Assembly (NCBI GenBank): GCA_018825385.1
Contig: JAHJEX010000006.1
Span: forward strand, 186 to 64,185
Direction: 5' to 3'
Length of the DNA stretch: 64,000 nt
DNA from: Patescibacteria group bacterium
GTDB lineage: Bacteria; Patescibacteriota; Patescibacteriia; UM-FILTER-42-10
Below the pieces are notes generated by a model that did no database searches, was not told the DNA's origin, and worked only from the letters and a program-made list of their open reading frames with translations. This document shows positions 1-10,570 of the stretch, piece after piece. A program made the position numbers and the translations under genes. Within the stretch, counting starts at the first letter, position 1. Every line of letters begins with the position of its first letter.

Positions 1-52
1 CAGGCCTAACAGTTTTCAAGACTGTCCCATTCGACCGCTCTGGCACTCCTCC
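1..52 (-). tRNA. tRNA-Ser(TGA), 5' part; 3' end lies beyond window start
   Basis: Reverse complement GGAGGAG-TG-CCAGAGCGGTCGAATGG-G-ACAGT-CTTGAAA-ACTGT-TAGGCCTG gives acceptor 5' strand, D arm, anticodon arm with TGA and the start of a long variable arm. Confidence 0.9.
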
Positions 53-295
53 ATATACTATTTGCGAACTTTAATAAAATTTACTAATTAGCAGTTTTTC
101 CCGCCGTAGGCGGTGGCAAGACTGTCCCATTCGACCGCTCTGGCACTCCTCCATATACTATTTGCGAACTTTAATAAAAATTTACTAATTAGCAGTTTTT
201 CCCGCCTTTGGCGGGACCCCGCCGTAGGCGGTGGCAAGACTGTCCCATTCGACCGCTCTGGCCCGCTTCGCTCTCGCGAAGCGAGGTGAGCACTC
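17..295. repeat. ~100-bp tandem duplication containing tRNA-Ser 5' fragments (copies at ~92-152 and ~193-295) interrupted by short palindromic inserts
   Basis: 17-98 is nearly identical to 117-199, and CAAGACTGTCCCATTCGACCGCTCTGGC occurs three times. Inserts lie at 99-116, 200-234 and ~263-290. Confidence 0.85.
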
Positions 296-309
296 TTTCA
301 TTTTTTAGA

Positions 310-1053
310 CTAATTTATCCTACCATTATTGTTTGGATTTATCAACCCCTCTTTTGCCAGTACAAAAGCACTTACCGATCTACAGCCAGCCTTCTTTAAG
401 GCAAGAGAAGCTTCTTTGATAGTTGCTCCTGTGGTGAGAACATCATCAACAAGAATTATGTCTTTATTTTTAACTTGGTTAGGATCTGGACAAACAAAAG
501 AATTTTTTATATTCAGAAGCCTCTCCTTTTTATTTAGGGTCATTTGAGATTTTGTATTTCTTACTCTAACTAATAATTCAGAATTTGTTTGTACTTGCAG
601 AATCTGTGAAATCCTATCGCCAATAAGCTTTGACTGATTAAATCCCCTTTCCGCGAAACGTTTTTTGTGTAGGGGGATTGGCACAAGTATGCAATTTTTA
701 TTTACAGTAAAAGTTTTTTGCTCATCAAAAAAAAGATTTAGCAATAATGCAAATGCATCAGTGATGTTTGAAGCAAAATTGTATTTCAAATTATGGAGCA
801 TATTTTTGAGTAGGGGATTTTGATATGCGGTAAGGGCAAATAAGGAATCCAGTTGAGATTCATTTTGGCACGGCAAACACATCTTATTATCTTTAATATG
901 CTTACCACACCACAAACAAACATCCTTTGAATACAGGGGTATTTGTTCTGAACAATCTTTGCAAAGCCATGCTCCTTCAATTCCACAACCAAAACAGTTA
1001 GAAGGGAAAATAAGTTCAATAATGATTTGTAATATTTTTTTAGTCTGACTCAT
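310..1053 (-). CDS. comF: ComF family protein (double zinc ribbon + phosphoribosyltransferase domain)
   Basis: CxxC pairs, PIPLH...RGFNQS, and PRTase motif ILVDDVLTTGAT. Start placed at MSQTKK (1053) because a terminator lies at 1059-1085. Confidence 0.9.
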   Translation of the reverse strand: MSQTKKILQIIIELIFPSNCFGCGIEGAWLCKDCSEQIPLYSKDVCLWCGKHIKDNKMCLPCQNESQLDSLFALTAYQNPLLKNMLHNLKYNFASNITDAFALLLNLFFDEQKTFTVNKNCILVPIPLHKKRFAERGFNQSKLIGDRISQILQVQTNSELLVRVRNTKSQMTLNKKERLLNIKNSFVCPDPNQVKNKDIILVDDVLTTGATIKEASLALKKAGCRSVSAFVLAKEGLINPNNNGRIN

Positions 1054-1058
1054 TTTGT

Positions 1059-1085
1059 AAAAAAAACCGGGCAAAGGACGCCCGG
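1059..1085 (-). terminator. Intrinsic terminator after clpC
   Basis: CCGGGC/GCCCGG stem followed on the minus strand by an 8-nt U run. Confidence 0.7.
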
Positions 1086-1111
1086 CGATTGATAAATAGA
1101 TTATATAATAT

Positions 1112-3607
1112 TTAGTCTTCCAATACAACCTTTCTTTGCTTTGTCTTTACTTTAATTGATTCACCCTTCTGTACGTCATTTTTGAGCATTTTATCGGCAA
1201 GTGGATTTTCTACGTATTCTTGGATTACGCGCCTTACTTCTCGTGCTCCTTTTTCCGGTGCAAAACTTTTGTTTGTCAGCAGATCAATGGCAGTTTTAGA
1301 AAGCTCCATTTCAATTCCCTGTGCGTGTAATCTTTCCTTCAGCTCGGCAATCTGTATTTCAACAATTTTTCTAATTGAAGATTTGTCCAGTGGTTTAAAT
1401 ACAGAAATTTTATCTATTCTATTTAGGAATTCTGGCTTAAACTTTTTTTCCAATTCTTTCAACACCTGTTGTTTTATAGATTCATAATTAAGTCTAGATT
1501 CTTCTTTCTCGGACTCAAATCCAATCACGCCTTGGTTTAACAATGATAAGCCAACATTTGATGTGAGAATGATAATTGTGTTTTTGAAGTTTATCTTTTT
1601 TCCTATAGCATCGGTCAAATGCCCATCTTCTAAAACCTGGAGTAGTAAATTGAATATTTCAGGATGAGCCTTTTCTATCTCGTCAAATAGTACTACTGAA
1701 TATGGTTTTCGACGTACACTTTCGGTAAGCTTGCCTCCGTCCTTGTATCCAACATAACCTGCCGGCGCTCCAATTAGTTTAGATGCTTGAAAACTTTCTG
1801 AATATTCTGACATATCAATTCTGATTAAGGAATCATCGCTGCCGAAAACGGTTTTTGCTACAACCCTCGCCATTTCAGTTTTTCCTACGCCTGTCGGACC
1901 CAAGAAAATAAATGATCCAAATGGTCGATCAGGGTGGCTCAAACCGGCCCGTGATCTTTTTATAAATCCACTAATATCCTTTATTACTTCAGATTGCCCT
2001 ATGATGTGCTTACTTATTACTTTTTCTAGATTTATGATTTTTTCCTTATCCTCAATGCTTAATTCGGTCAAAGGGATTTTTGTAATTTTACTAATGACTT
2101 CAACAATATCTTCTTCGGTTATTTTTCCCAAAGGTTTTTGATGGAGCTCTGTCTGCTTCTTTTTTAGTTCTGCCAATTCCTTTACTAGATTGATCTCTTT
2201 GTTGCGAATACTCATTGCTTCTTCAAATTTTTCCTGCAGCACCGCGGTTTCTTTATCTTCATGACAGTTATGTAGATCTTTCTTGACTGCATTTAACTTT
2301 TCAGTAATGGGATCTAATTTCTGGTGGATACGGAATCTGGAAGCAGATTCATCTATCAAATCAATAGCTTTATCAGGAAGAAATTTATCCTGCATATAAC
2401 GTTCACTCAATCGCACCGCTGCTTCTAATGCTTCATCTGTTATTGTAACTCGATGATACTTTTCGTAATTTCCTCTTATTCCTTTTAATACCTCCAAAGT
2501 TTCTTCAACAGATGGTTCTTCAACAAGAATAGGTTGAAATCTTCTTTCTAACGCAGCATCAGATTCAATATGTTTTCGATACTCGTCAAGCGTTGTAGCG
2601 CCGATGCATCTTATTTCCCCTTTAGCAAGCGATGGTTTGAGAATATTTGCAGCATCCATAGATCCGGATGTAGTGCCGGCTCCAATAATCATATGAACCT
2701 CATCAATAAACAGAATTATATTTGAATCAGCTTTAATTTCGTCAATAATTTGTTTAATTCTTCCTTCAAACTCTCCTCTATAAATTGTTCCAGCAACAAC
2801 AAGACTTAAATCAAGGCTCAATACTTTTTTATCCTGAAGAATTACAGGTACATTACCCTCGGAAATGCGTTTAGCCAGTCCTTCTGCAATGGCAGTTTTT
2901 CCTGTACCGGGTTCGCCTATAAGAACAGGATTGTTTTTTGTACGTCGGGCCAAAACATGAATAAGTCTGCTTATTTCTTCATTTCTACCAATCACTGGAT
3001 CAATGTTTTTCTGTATATCTTTATTAGTTAAATCTGTGCAGAAAAATTCTAGAGCAGTCCCGGGAAGATTTTCTTTTATCTCATTGTCTCCAATACTAAG
3101 TTCTTTATTATCTTCAAAAATTCTTGTGATATCTGGAAATTTTGAAGTACTTTTTAAAACAGTGTTTAAATGTTGAGTTAGTTCGTCGATTTTGATATTA
3201 GATTGAGCAAACAATTTTTCAATTTCACTGTCTTTTATTTTTAGTAATGCATAAAGCAAATGCTCTGTCCCCACATATTTGTGGTGGTATTGTGAAGATA
3301 TGAGAGCTGATTTTTCAAGTACTTTTTTGCTCTCATCAGTAAATCGGGGTACTAGTGTTGAGATGCTTTTTACTGAATCAATAGGCTCCTTTACTCCGAC
3401 AGATGATTGTGAAATGCCACTTGGCCTTTGCCTAAAACCAACTTTTGTCAAAACCTCTGATCCGATACTCCCTCTTTGCTGTAGTAGTCCATTGAGCAGA
3501 TCAAGCGGACTTATTTTTTCGCGTTTTGATTGCAAAGCCAATTCTGACGCAGTTTTTAGCACGTTTTTGAGATTGGTAGTAAATTTATTTATAATATCAG
3601 GAGTCAT
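1112..3607 (-). CDS. clpC: ATP-dependent Clp protease ATP-binding subunit (ClpC type)
   Basis: Clp N-domain repeats, two AAA+ modules ([16 protein letters not shown]), DAANILKP, short UVR-type middle domain and IGF loop. Confidence 0.95.
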   Translation of the reverse strand: MTPDIINKFTTNLKNVLKTASELALQSKREKISPLDLLNGLLQQRGSIGSEVLTKVGFRQRPSGISQSSVGVKEPIDSVKSISTLVPRFTDESKKVLEKSALISSQYHHKYVGTEHLLYALLKIKDSEIEKLFAQSNIKIDELTQHLNTVLKSTSKFPDITRIFEDNKELSIGDNEIKENLPGTALEFFCTDLTNKDIQKNIDPVIGRNEEISRLIHVLARRTKNNPVLIGEPGTGKTAIAEGLAKRISEGNVPVILQDKKVLSLDLSLVVAGTIYRGEFEGRIKQIIDEIKADSNIILFIDEVHMIIGAGTTSGSMDAANILKPSLAKGEIRCIGATTLDEYRKHIESDAALERRFQPILVEEPSVEETLEVLKGIRGNYEKYHRVTITDEALEAAVRLSERYMQDKFLPDKAIDLIDESASRFRIHQKLDPITEKLNAVKKDLHNCHEDKETAVLQEKFEEAMSIRNKEINLVKELAELKKKQTELHQKPLGKITEEDIVEVISKITKIPLTELSIEDKEKIINLEKVISKHIIGQSEVIKDISGFIKRSRAGLSHPDRPFGSFIFLGPTGVGKTEMARVVAKTVFGSDDSLIRIDMSEYSESFQASKLIGAPAGYVGYKDGGKLTESVRRKPYSVVLFDEIEKAHPEIFNLLLQVLEDGHLTDAIGKKINFKNTIIILTSNVGLSLLNQGVIGFESEKEESRLNYESIKQQVLKELEKKFKPEFLNRIDKISVFKPLDKSSIRKIVEIQIAELKERLHAQGIEMELSKTAIDLLTNKSFAPEKGAREVRRVIQEYVENPLADKMLKNDVQKGESIKVKTKQRKVVLED

Positions 3608-3624
3608 AGATGATGTATTGTTAA

Positions 3625-4518
3625 TTATGCCATCTCTCTGAGAGTTTTTATTCTCTCTTCTACAGGAGGGTGAGTAGAAAATAGCTTTGCTAAACCCTTT
3701 CGTGCTTTGTGACCAAATGGATTGGAAATATATAGATGTGCAGTTGAATTGTTTGCTCTTAACATTGGTTCAACATTCACTTTTTCTATTTTTTCTAGCG
3801 CATTGGCTAAGCCAGCAGGATATCTGGTCAAAAGTGCACCGGAAGCGTCAGCAAGGAACTCTCTTTTTCTAGAAACTGCCAGTTTTATTAGTTGGGCAAT
3901 GATCGGAGCAAATATTAGTAAAACAAGTCCTATAACCATTATTATAATTTGTAATTGTCCTCCACCTCGAGAACTTTTTCTACCGCCAAAAAAACTGATT
4001 CTAAAAAACCAATTAGATAGTAATGCTATCACACCAACACAAATAATTACCAAGGTCATTAATCGGATGTCGTAATTCTTTATATGGGACATTTCATGTG
4101 CTAATACTCCTTCTAATTCTTCATTCTCCAGTTTTTCAATTGCTCCGGATGTAACAGCAATTGAGGCATGCTCCGGATCCCGACCAGTAGCGAAAGCATT
4201 GATTGCTGGATCGGATATAATGTGAATCTTAGGCATAGCAATCCCGGCAGTTATACTCAAATTCTCCACCATACGATAAACATATGGATTTTGCTCTTTG
4301 GTAATCGGTTTTGCTCCCGAAGTCCACAAAGCAACCTTATCTCCAGAAAAATATCCATAAAGTGACATCAAAACTGCAATTATAAGGGCAAGAATCAACC
4401 CGAAATATCCCATCTCGGTTAATTCACCAAATACCCAGCCAACCAGTCCTATTATTACAACAAAAAGAACAATCAGTATTATAGACTTTCTCTTGTTGGA
4501 ATCAATTTGTTTATACAT
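3625..4518 (-). CDS. htpX: M48 family zinc metalloprotease HtpX
   Basis: NAFATG, HEMSH zinc motif, REFLAD, FSTHPP and transmembrane segments. Confidence 0.93.
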   Translation of the reverse strand: MYKQIDSNKRKSIILIVLFVVIIGLVGWVFGELTEMGYFGLILALIIAVLMSLYGYFSGDKVALWTSGAKPITKEQNPYVYRMVENLSITAGIAMPKIHIISDPAINAFATGRDPEHASIAVTSGAIEKLENEELEGVLAHEMSHIKNYDIRLMTLVIICVGVIALLSNWFFRISFFGGRKSSRGGGQLQIIIMVIGLVLLIFAPIIAQLIKLAVSRKREFLADASGALLTRYPAGLANALEKIEKVNVEPMLRANNSTAHLYISNPFGHKARKGLAKLFSTHPPVEERIKTLREMA

Positions 4519-4534
4519 TTTCTAAGGTCATAGA

Positions 4535-4557
4535 AGCGCGGAAAAGAATTCCGCGCT
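4535..4557. terminator. Hairpin between lemA and htpX
   Basis: Perfect 9-bp stem AGCGCGGAA/TTCCGCGCT with a weak U tract. Confidence 0.45.
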
Positions 4558-4579
4558 CCGTTCTAAATTAGAATAAAGA

Positions 4580-5137
4580 TTAGAATTTTACTTCAACGTT
4601 TTCTCTTTGCTCTGCTTCTTCGATCTCAAAGAATTCTTTCTTCTTAAAACCAAGCATGCTGGCAATCATGTTGGTTGGGAATACCTGAAGTTTTGTGTTG
4701 AAATCGCGAACGTTGCCGTTGTAGAATCTTCTTGAAGCCTGAATTTTATTTTCTGTATCAGATAATTCATCCTGAAGCTTAGCAAAATTCTGATTTGCTT
4801 TAAGATCTGGATAATTCTCAGCAACAGCAAAGAGTGATTTAAGGGTTCCGGCTAACATGTTTTCAGCCTTTCCTTGTTCCTCTGGAGTTGTTGCCTGCAT
4901 CGCATTACTACGAGCCTTGGTCACGTTTTCAAAAAGCTGCTTCTCGTGTGAAGCATAACCCTTAACGGTTTCAACCAGGTTAGGGATTAAGTCATATCTT
5001 CGTTTTAGTTGAACATCAATATCTGACCAAGCTTCGTCTGTTCTATTTCTTAGGCGAATAAGACCGTTGTAGGTAGCTACAAACCAAAGAATAACAATGG
5101 CTATTATACCTACCACAACCCATAACAATGTACTCAT
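4580..5137 (-). CDS. lemA: LemA family protein
   Basis: N-terminal [31 protein letters not shown]; typical lemA-htpX pairing. Confidence 0.95.
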   Translation of the reverse strand: MSTLLWVVVGIIAIVILWFVATYNGLIRLRNRTDEAWSDIDVQLKRRYDLIPNLVETVKGYASHEKQLFENVTKARSNAMQATTPEEQGKAENMLAGTLKSLFAVAENYPDLKANQNFAKLQDELSDTENKIQASRRFYNGNVRDFNTKLQVFPTNMIASMLGFKKKEFFEIEEAEQRENVEVKF

Positions 5138-5176
5138 GAATATTCCTTTCTTTAATAATTCTTAGATTTTTTGTTT

Positions 5177-5713
5177 TTAAAGCCCAATTGAGAGTACTTT
5201 TATTTCGTAAGCCTGAAAGCTTGTCTTTCCATAAATATTTTCATCAGCCTCTGCAATAATATTATCTCCTATCTGGATATCACTTATTTGAATTGATTTT
5301 TCTCGTTCATATTCCTCACCCTCTTCCAGCGAATCAGGATTAACAGGCGGTTTCGTAATATCTATTTTGCGAAAAATAGTGCTTTCTGTAGTAGTAATAT
5401 TAACGGTCTTTTCAACGGAAATATCATTTTCAGCTACTTTTGCGGTAATATCGATCTGATTACCGTTTACTCCTGTTACCTGGCCTTTGTATGCAGTAAT
5501 GTTTTTTGCTTCTTCATACTCATAACCAGCTGGTTGTATGGCCACTTGCTGAGTGCTCGGCTCTACAGCCTTTTCATCCGCATTGCTTTGTCCCCATTGA
5601 TATCCCACTATTAAAGTGACGGTTGCAACAATCACAGTAATTATTGTAGCAGTGAGAGCTACTTTTTCACAACTTTTCAAAAAAGTACTTTGATTACTTT
5701 TGCTGGTTGACAT
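5177..5713 (-). CDS. Hypothetical membrane-anchored protein (beta-rich extracytoplasmic domain)
   Basis: 178-aa ORF with a single N-terminal TM followed by an OB-fold-like GQVTGVNG...IQIGDNIIA pattern. Confidence 0.7.
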   Translation of the reverse strand: MSTSKSNQSTFLKSCEKVALTATIITVIVATVTLIVGYQWGQSNADEKAVEPSTQQVAIQPAGYEYEEAKNITAYKGQVTGVNGNQIDITAKVAENDISVEKTVNITTTESTIFRKIDITKPPVNPDSLEEGEEYEREKSIQISDIQIGDNIIAEADENIYGKTSFQAYEIKVLSIGL

Positions 5714-5847
5714 TTCTTTTTACTTATGTTAGAATAACTAATATACTATTGGCTATTTTCAGATTATATTATATAATTTTATTGGATGTTTTGTCAAAGC
5801 GGGTGCAAATAGATGCGTGGTAATTTCTCCCTTTAACAGATAAAAAT

Positions 5848-7428
5848 ATGAAGAAAAAAAACAAAAAATCATTGATAGCAGCTTCCCTGAAGGCAAGTAA
5901 GGTAGCTGTTTTTTGTTTAATTGTAGCGGGTTTTGGCATAGTTGGAGGGATTATCACCCCAAATGTGTTTGCAGCTGTTTGGCAATCTCCAACCGTCACT
6001 CCTCCTGATTTCCCTGCAGAATTAGAACCTCCACTAAACACATCCGTATTTGTCCAAGAAAAGAAGGGCGGTCTTAGTGTAGCAACTCTAGACGGTAGTT
6101 TAGGTGTGGGAACAACAGTTGTGGGCACAAACAAGCTATATGTGAATGGTACTACTTATTTAGAAGGAAATGTCGGTATCGATGGGACTTTGAGTGTTTC
6201 AGCAACGGCAAGCGTTTTAGATTTACTGACTAACAGTGCAACAGTAGCCAATGATTTGAATGTTAATAGCGGATTGCTTAGCGTAAATAGCAGTAGTAAT
6301 TCTATTTTTATAAATGCCATAAATGATTTTGGGATAGTAAACATTGCTGCGGGAGATGAGTCAGGAATATTTGCAAAAAACAATTCTAGCAGTAACGCAG
6401 CTATACAAGGGGTTAACAATTCTTTGCTAGGAGGCACTGGTGTTTATGGATATGGTCAAGAATATGGTATATGGGGGGTCTCTTCTACAAAATACGGCGT
6501 GTTAGCTGATGCAAGAGATTTTGGAGCAGGAGGATTATATGCAAGAGGAGGAGACACTCGCTACGGAGCTGTTGGCCGGGGATTATATGGAGTTATAGGT
6601 TTGGATAATACAGAAGATGTTAATAACCCCACATTCAATGGTCCTGCTGAAACTCTAGCCGGATTGTTTGAGGGGTCTGTTGAAATAGTGCCAAGTGCCG
6701 GAGGAAATGCAGACTTGACTGTTAACAGTGATACGTTTGTTGTTGACTCTTCTACAAATAGAGTAGGAATTGGCACAAATAGTCCAATTGTTGCACTTCA
6801 TACCATAGGTGTTAGTGACCAATCAGCCGTTTACGCTCAGGCGGGAACAAACACAATGTGGCAAGATTATGATGGTCCCACTGCAACGGTGGCCGGTATA
6901 TATGGTGAAGGAGGAACTGTTACCTATGATGGTGCTGGAACAGGTTGGAATTTTGGCGTGTTTGGTAAGGCAGGTGATCCGGGGTCAGGAAGATCTGTAG
7001 GGATTATGGGATCCGATTTCAATGGAGTCGGCGATACATATGCCGGATGGTTTGATGGCAAAGTTGAAGTTGAAGGACAGGTGTCTGTCAGTGGTAAATT
7101 AAGCACCTTATCCAGTTTAGAAGTTGCTGGAGATATGGTTGGATACGGTGGTTTAAATCTCACTGGTGATATTGATATTTATGGAGATATCACATATTTA
7201 GGGAAACTAAGAATGGACGGCGGACTTCTGGTAATGCAAGGCGGAACGACATGTGATGTTGGACCTGACAACTATGCTGAAGGTACTATGTTTGTGTGTC
7301 ATTTCTGCCCAACCCCAACAGGACAGCGTAAGCATTCAGTAATGGCGAGAATGAATGGAGTATGGATCGATATTGGGTATACATTAGGGGATGCTTGTAA
7401 TGCTGGTCCTTATGTACCAGAAACATAG
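5848..7428 (+). CDS. Secreted Gly-rich beta-fibre-like surface protein (paralog 1)
   Basis: Signal-like N-terminus, AVWQSPTVTPP motif, GVGT/GIGT tail-fibre-like repeats, GxxG repeats and a Cys-containing C-terminal cap. Confidence 0.75.
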   Translation: MKKKNKKSLIAASLKASKVAVFCLIVAGFGIVGGIITPNVFAAVWQSPTVTPPDFPAELEPPLNTSVFVQEKKGGLSVATLDGSLGVGTTVVGTNKLYVNGTTYLEGNVGIDGTLSVSATASVLDLLTNSATVANDLNVNSGLLSVNSSSNSIFINAINDFGIVNIAAGDESGIFAKNNSSSNAAIQGVNNSLLGGTGVYGYGQEYGIWGVSSTKYGVLADARDFGAGGLYARGGDTRYGAVGRGLYGVIGLDNTEDVNNPTFNGPAETLAGLFEGSVEIVPSAGGNADLTVNSDTFVVDSSTNRVGIGTNSPIVALHTIGVSDQSAVYAQAGTNTMWQDYDGPTATVAGIYGEGGTVTYDGAGTGWNFGVFGKAGDPGSGRSVGIMGSDFNGVGDTYAGWFDGKVEVEGQVSVSGKLSTLSSLEVAGDMVGYGGLNLTGDIDIYGDITYLGKLRMDGGLLVMQGGTTCDVGPDNYAEGTMFVCHFCPTPTGQRKHSVMARMNGVWIDIGYTLGDACNAGPYVPET

Positions 7429-7438
7429 AAAGATTTAA

Positions 7439-9010
7439 ATGAAAGAAGCACTTAAAAAGTTTAATAAAACAGCAACTATCAGTGTTTGCATTGCTCTATT
7501 ATGTCTTATTGCTGGATTCGGTGTGAATATTGTAATAGCGGCTACTTGGCAGGACCCAGCCGTAGCACCTCCTCATTTAGGCAGTTTGGAACCCGTTCTT
7601 AATACATCTCTATATGCTCAGGAGAAAATAGGGGGGCTTAATATAGCAACTCAAGACGGTAGTCTGGGTGTGGGTACTACAGTAGTGGGCACAAACAAAC
7701 TGTATGTGGGGGGCACTACTTTTTTGGAAGGAAATGCGGATATTAATGGCGATCTGAGTGTTTCAGCATCAACAAACGTTTTAGATTTACTGACTGACAG
7801 TGCAACAGTAGCCAATGATTTGAATGTTCATGGTGGCTTATTGAATGTTGATAGTGCAACTAATTCCATCTTTATTAACAGTATAAATAATTCAGGTTTG
7901 CTAAATGTAGAAGCAGAAGATGGATCAGGAATAGTTGCTATTAATAATTCTAACAGTAATGCAGCCATACAGGGAGTTAATGATTCTGTGGTAGGAGGGA
8001 CAGGCATTTATGGATATGGCTTGGAGTATGGAATATCCTCACGTAGTAGCACAGGATACGGGATCCTAGCAGATGCAAAGGATACTGGAATAGGGGGTGT
8101 ATTTGCAAGAGGAAGAGATACTGGTTATGGACTTATTGCTAGAGGATCGTACGGAGTTGTGGGGTTTGATAATACAGAAAACATAGACAACCCTGTTTTT
8201 AGCGGTCCTGGCACAACACTGGCAGGATTATTTGAAGGTTCTGTAGACATAATTCCAAGCGCTGGAGGAAATGCAGATTTGGGAGTAAATGCAAATACGC
8301 TTTTTGTAAGTTCTTTTACTGACAAAGTTGGAGTTGGTACAGGCAACCCTGCTACCAAACTACATATTTGGGGAGCAAGCGACCTTTCAGCAACGTATGC
8401 GAAGGCAGGGGTAAATACTGCAGTAGCGGAATATGATGGTCCCACTGCAACGGTGGCCGGTATATATGGCGAAGGAGGAACTGTTACCTATAGTGGCTCA
8501 GGAACGGGTTGGGATTTTGGCGTGTTTGGCAAGGCAGGTAACCCGGGGGTAGGCAGATCAGTGGGAGTGATGGGAGTAGAAGATGGAGGAGGTAGTGACC
8601 AAACTTTTGCAGGCTGGTTTGATGGAGATTTGATAATAGGTGATTCACTAGAAACGGGTGAATATACTTCAGCGGGTGAACTGGAAATTGCTGGTGATAT
8701 GATTGGGAATGGTGATCTCAGTCTTACGGGTAATATTGTCGGGCAAGAGGATATCGCGTATTTTGGGAAGCTAAAAATGACCGGGGGGCTTCCGTTTATA
8801 CATGGTAGATTATTTACATGTGATCTGGCTCCGACAAATTATGCTGAAGGTACTATGTATGTTTGTGCCTGGTGCCCTTCTCTAGAGGCAAGTCGTTTCT
8901 TTGCACTAAAGGTGCGTATGAATAGAACTTGGGTAACTCTTGGCTACACGAAAGGAGGTCGCTGTAGTGGATCTTACGACCCTGAAGTCCCGGTTGACTC
9001 GCTACCATAG
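7439..9010 (+). CDS. Secreted Gly-rich beta-fibre-like surface protein (paralog 2)
   Basis: Collinear and similar over its full length to 5848..7428. Confidence 0.75.
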   Translation: MKEALKKFNKTATISVCIALLCLIAGFGVNIVIAATWQDPAVAPPHLGSLEPVLNTSLYAQEKIGGLNIATQDGSLGVGTTVVGTNKLYVGGTTFLEGNADINGDLSVSASTNVLDLLTDSATVANDLNVHGGLLNVDSATNSIFINSINNSGLLNVEAEDGSGIVAINNSNSNAAIQGVNDSVVGGTGIYGYGLEYGISSRSSTGYGILADAKDTGIGGVFARGRDTGYGLIARGSYGVVGFDNTENIDNPVFSGPGTTLAGLFEGSVDIIPSAGGNADLGVNANTLFVSSFTDKVGVGTGNPATKLHIWGASDLSATYAKAGVNTAVAEYDGPTATVAGIYGEGGTVTYSGSGTGWDFGVFGKAGNPGVGRSVGVMGVEDGGGSDQTFAGWFDGDLIIGDSLETGEYTSAGELEIAGDMIGNGDLSLTGNIVGQEDIAYFGKLKMTGGLPFIHGRLFTCDLAPTNYAEGTMYVCAWCPSLEASRFFALKVRMNRTWVTLGYTKGGRCSGSYDPEVPVDSLP

Positions 9011-9037
9011 AATTACAAAACTTAAGGATAAATAATT

Positions 9038-10549
9038 ATGAGAAAAATGATTACCAAACTAAATAAAACAGCAATTATCAGTGTTAGCATTGCAGTATTA
9101 AGTTTGGCGGTTGGTCTGGGGGTGAATATGGTATTTGCCGCCTGGACCACCCCTTCGGAATCCCCTCCGGGGGGTGATATTGCCGCTCCGATCAATGTTT
9201 CAGGTGCGGACCAAGGCAAAATTGGAGGCCTTCGATTGGGAAGTAGTAATTTACCACCTGCGCCGTATATGCTTTATGTTGATGGGGATGTGTTTGTGGA
9301 AGGGAGCATAGTACCCGGTTCAGCCGGCAGTTACACCATCGGAAATGAAACGGTGGGTTCTTGGGATGAACTTTGGCTGAATTCCGATGCTGACGGAGGA
9401 ATATTGGAAAATGGTATTCACTTCGCCGATCCTTCTGTTGGTATTAGGTATGATACGGCGAATAACAGATTTGATTTTTATAAGGATTCAGTTGTACTTT
9501 CAATAGGCGATAATGGCGATCTAAATACAGTGGGAGGTATTACTGCCGCAGGCGGGATGAATATTGATTCTAATACTTTGGTTGTAAATAATGCGAATAA
9601 CAGAGTTGGTGTTGGCACGGCTTCGCCTACTTATGCACTGGACATTGATTCCGGAGACATGAGTATTGCAAACGGCCGTCTTGTTATTGGTTCGCCGACA
9701 TTTCCTGATGCAGATTCAACACTTTATGTCGGAACCTCAGCAAATCCTGTTTCAACAGTTAGAGCAATAGCGGCCTATACTGACAAGGATACTCCTGAAG
9801 GCGCAGTATCAACAATCTATGGAAATAACATGGGAAATAACTGGAAAGCGGCGGTTGAAGGGGAGTCACATTTTGGTTATGGGATACTTGGAATAACTGA
9901 ATCTGGCGGCAGGGCAGGAGTGATCGGATTCAATTATGGTTACAGGCGACAAGGTGAAGCTGGTGAGCCAGTTGGAACTGATTTTGCTGCCGCGACAAAA
10001 GGGAGGAGTTGTGTGGATTCAAGTTGTGACGGTTTTGGCAGCGGTTGGTATGGTAGTACTACCGCAGCCAGACCTATCAGAGCTACAGGTGTATTTGGGG
10101 AAGGTTCTCATACAGATCTTTCCCAGGGTTATATTTATACATATGGCGTTTATGCAATGGCGGGGCGTGCCAGTGCCGGTTCAAGTTCCGAGCATATTTA
10201 TACATATGGACTTTATGCTACTGAAGGGGCAGAAACAAATGGCGGTGTGAGTTATGCAGGGTATTTTGCGGGCGACGTGCATGTAGAGGGCAATTTAACC
10301 ACAGATGCAGGATCCAGTGTTGGGATTGGTACGACAGAATTAACGGATGCCCTGCGTGTCGGAGGCAATTTACGGGTGGATAGTGAAGATACAGATCCTG
10401 CCTATTTGCAAATGGATACAAGAAGTGGAGCACCTGTTATCGCTGATTGTGATGCTGCAGATGAAATTGGAAGAATGGTTTTTGATACGAATAGCAATCT
10501 TTTGTATGTGTGCGATGATAGCGGATGGCTATCTGCTACACTCAACTGA
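9038..10549 (+). CDS. Secreted Gly-rich beta-fibre-like surface protein (divergent paralog 3)
   Basis: Signal peptide similar to paralog 2, AAWTTPSESPP, NRVGVGT repeat, C-terminal C...GRMVFD...LYVC..SGW cap. Confidence 0.75.
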   Translation: MRKMITKLNKTAIISVSIAVLSLAVGLGVNMVFAAWTTPSESPPGGDIAAPINVSGADQGKIGGLRLGSSNLPPAPYMLYVDGDVFVEGSIVPGSAGSYTIGNETVGSWDELWLNSDADGGILENGIHFADPSVGIRYDTANNRFDFYKDSVVLSIGDNGDLNTVGGITAAGGMNIDSNTLVVNNANNRVGVGTASPTYALDIDSGDMSIANGRLVIGSPTFPDADSTLYVGTSANPVSTVRAIAAYTDKDTPEGAVSTIYGNNMGNNWKAAVEGESHFGYGILGITESGGRAGVIGFNYGYRRQGEAGEPVGTDFAAATKGRSCVDSSCDGFGSGWYGSTTAARPIRATGVFGEGSHTDLSQGYIYTYGVYAMAGRASAGSSSEHIYTYGLYATEGAETNGGVSYAGYFAGDVHVEGNLTTDAGSSVGIGTTELTDALRVGGNLRVDSEDTDPAYLQMDTRSGAPVIADCDAADEIGRMVFDTNSNLLYVCDDSGWLSATLN

Positions 10550-10570
10550 TTGTCTTAGTGAATAGTAATT

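Noticed and set aside
17-295. Possible CRISPR array or tRNA intron
   Set aside because: The repeats are tRNA sequence with near-identical intervening DNA and no cas genes. The interrupted copies lack the tRNA 3' half, so the inserts cannot be introns of functional tRNAs.
208-399. 63-aa plus-strand ORF
   Set aside because: Runs through the repeat inserts and antisense into comF; no coding signal.
5848-10549. Prophage tail genes, shufflon or DGR targets
   Set aside because: The proteins have signal peptides. No capsid, terminase, integrase, invertase or reverse transcriptase is present, and the differences between copies are not adenine-specific.
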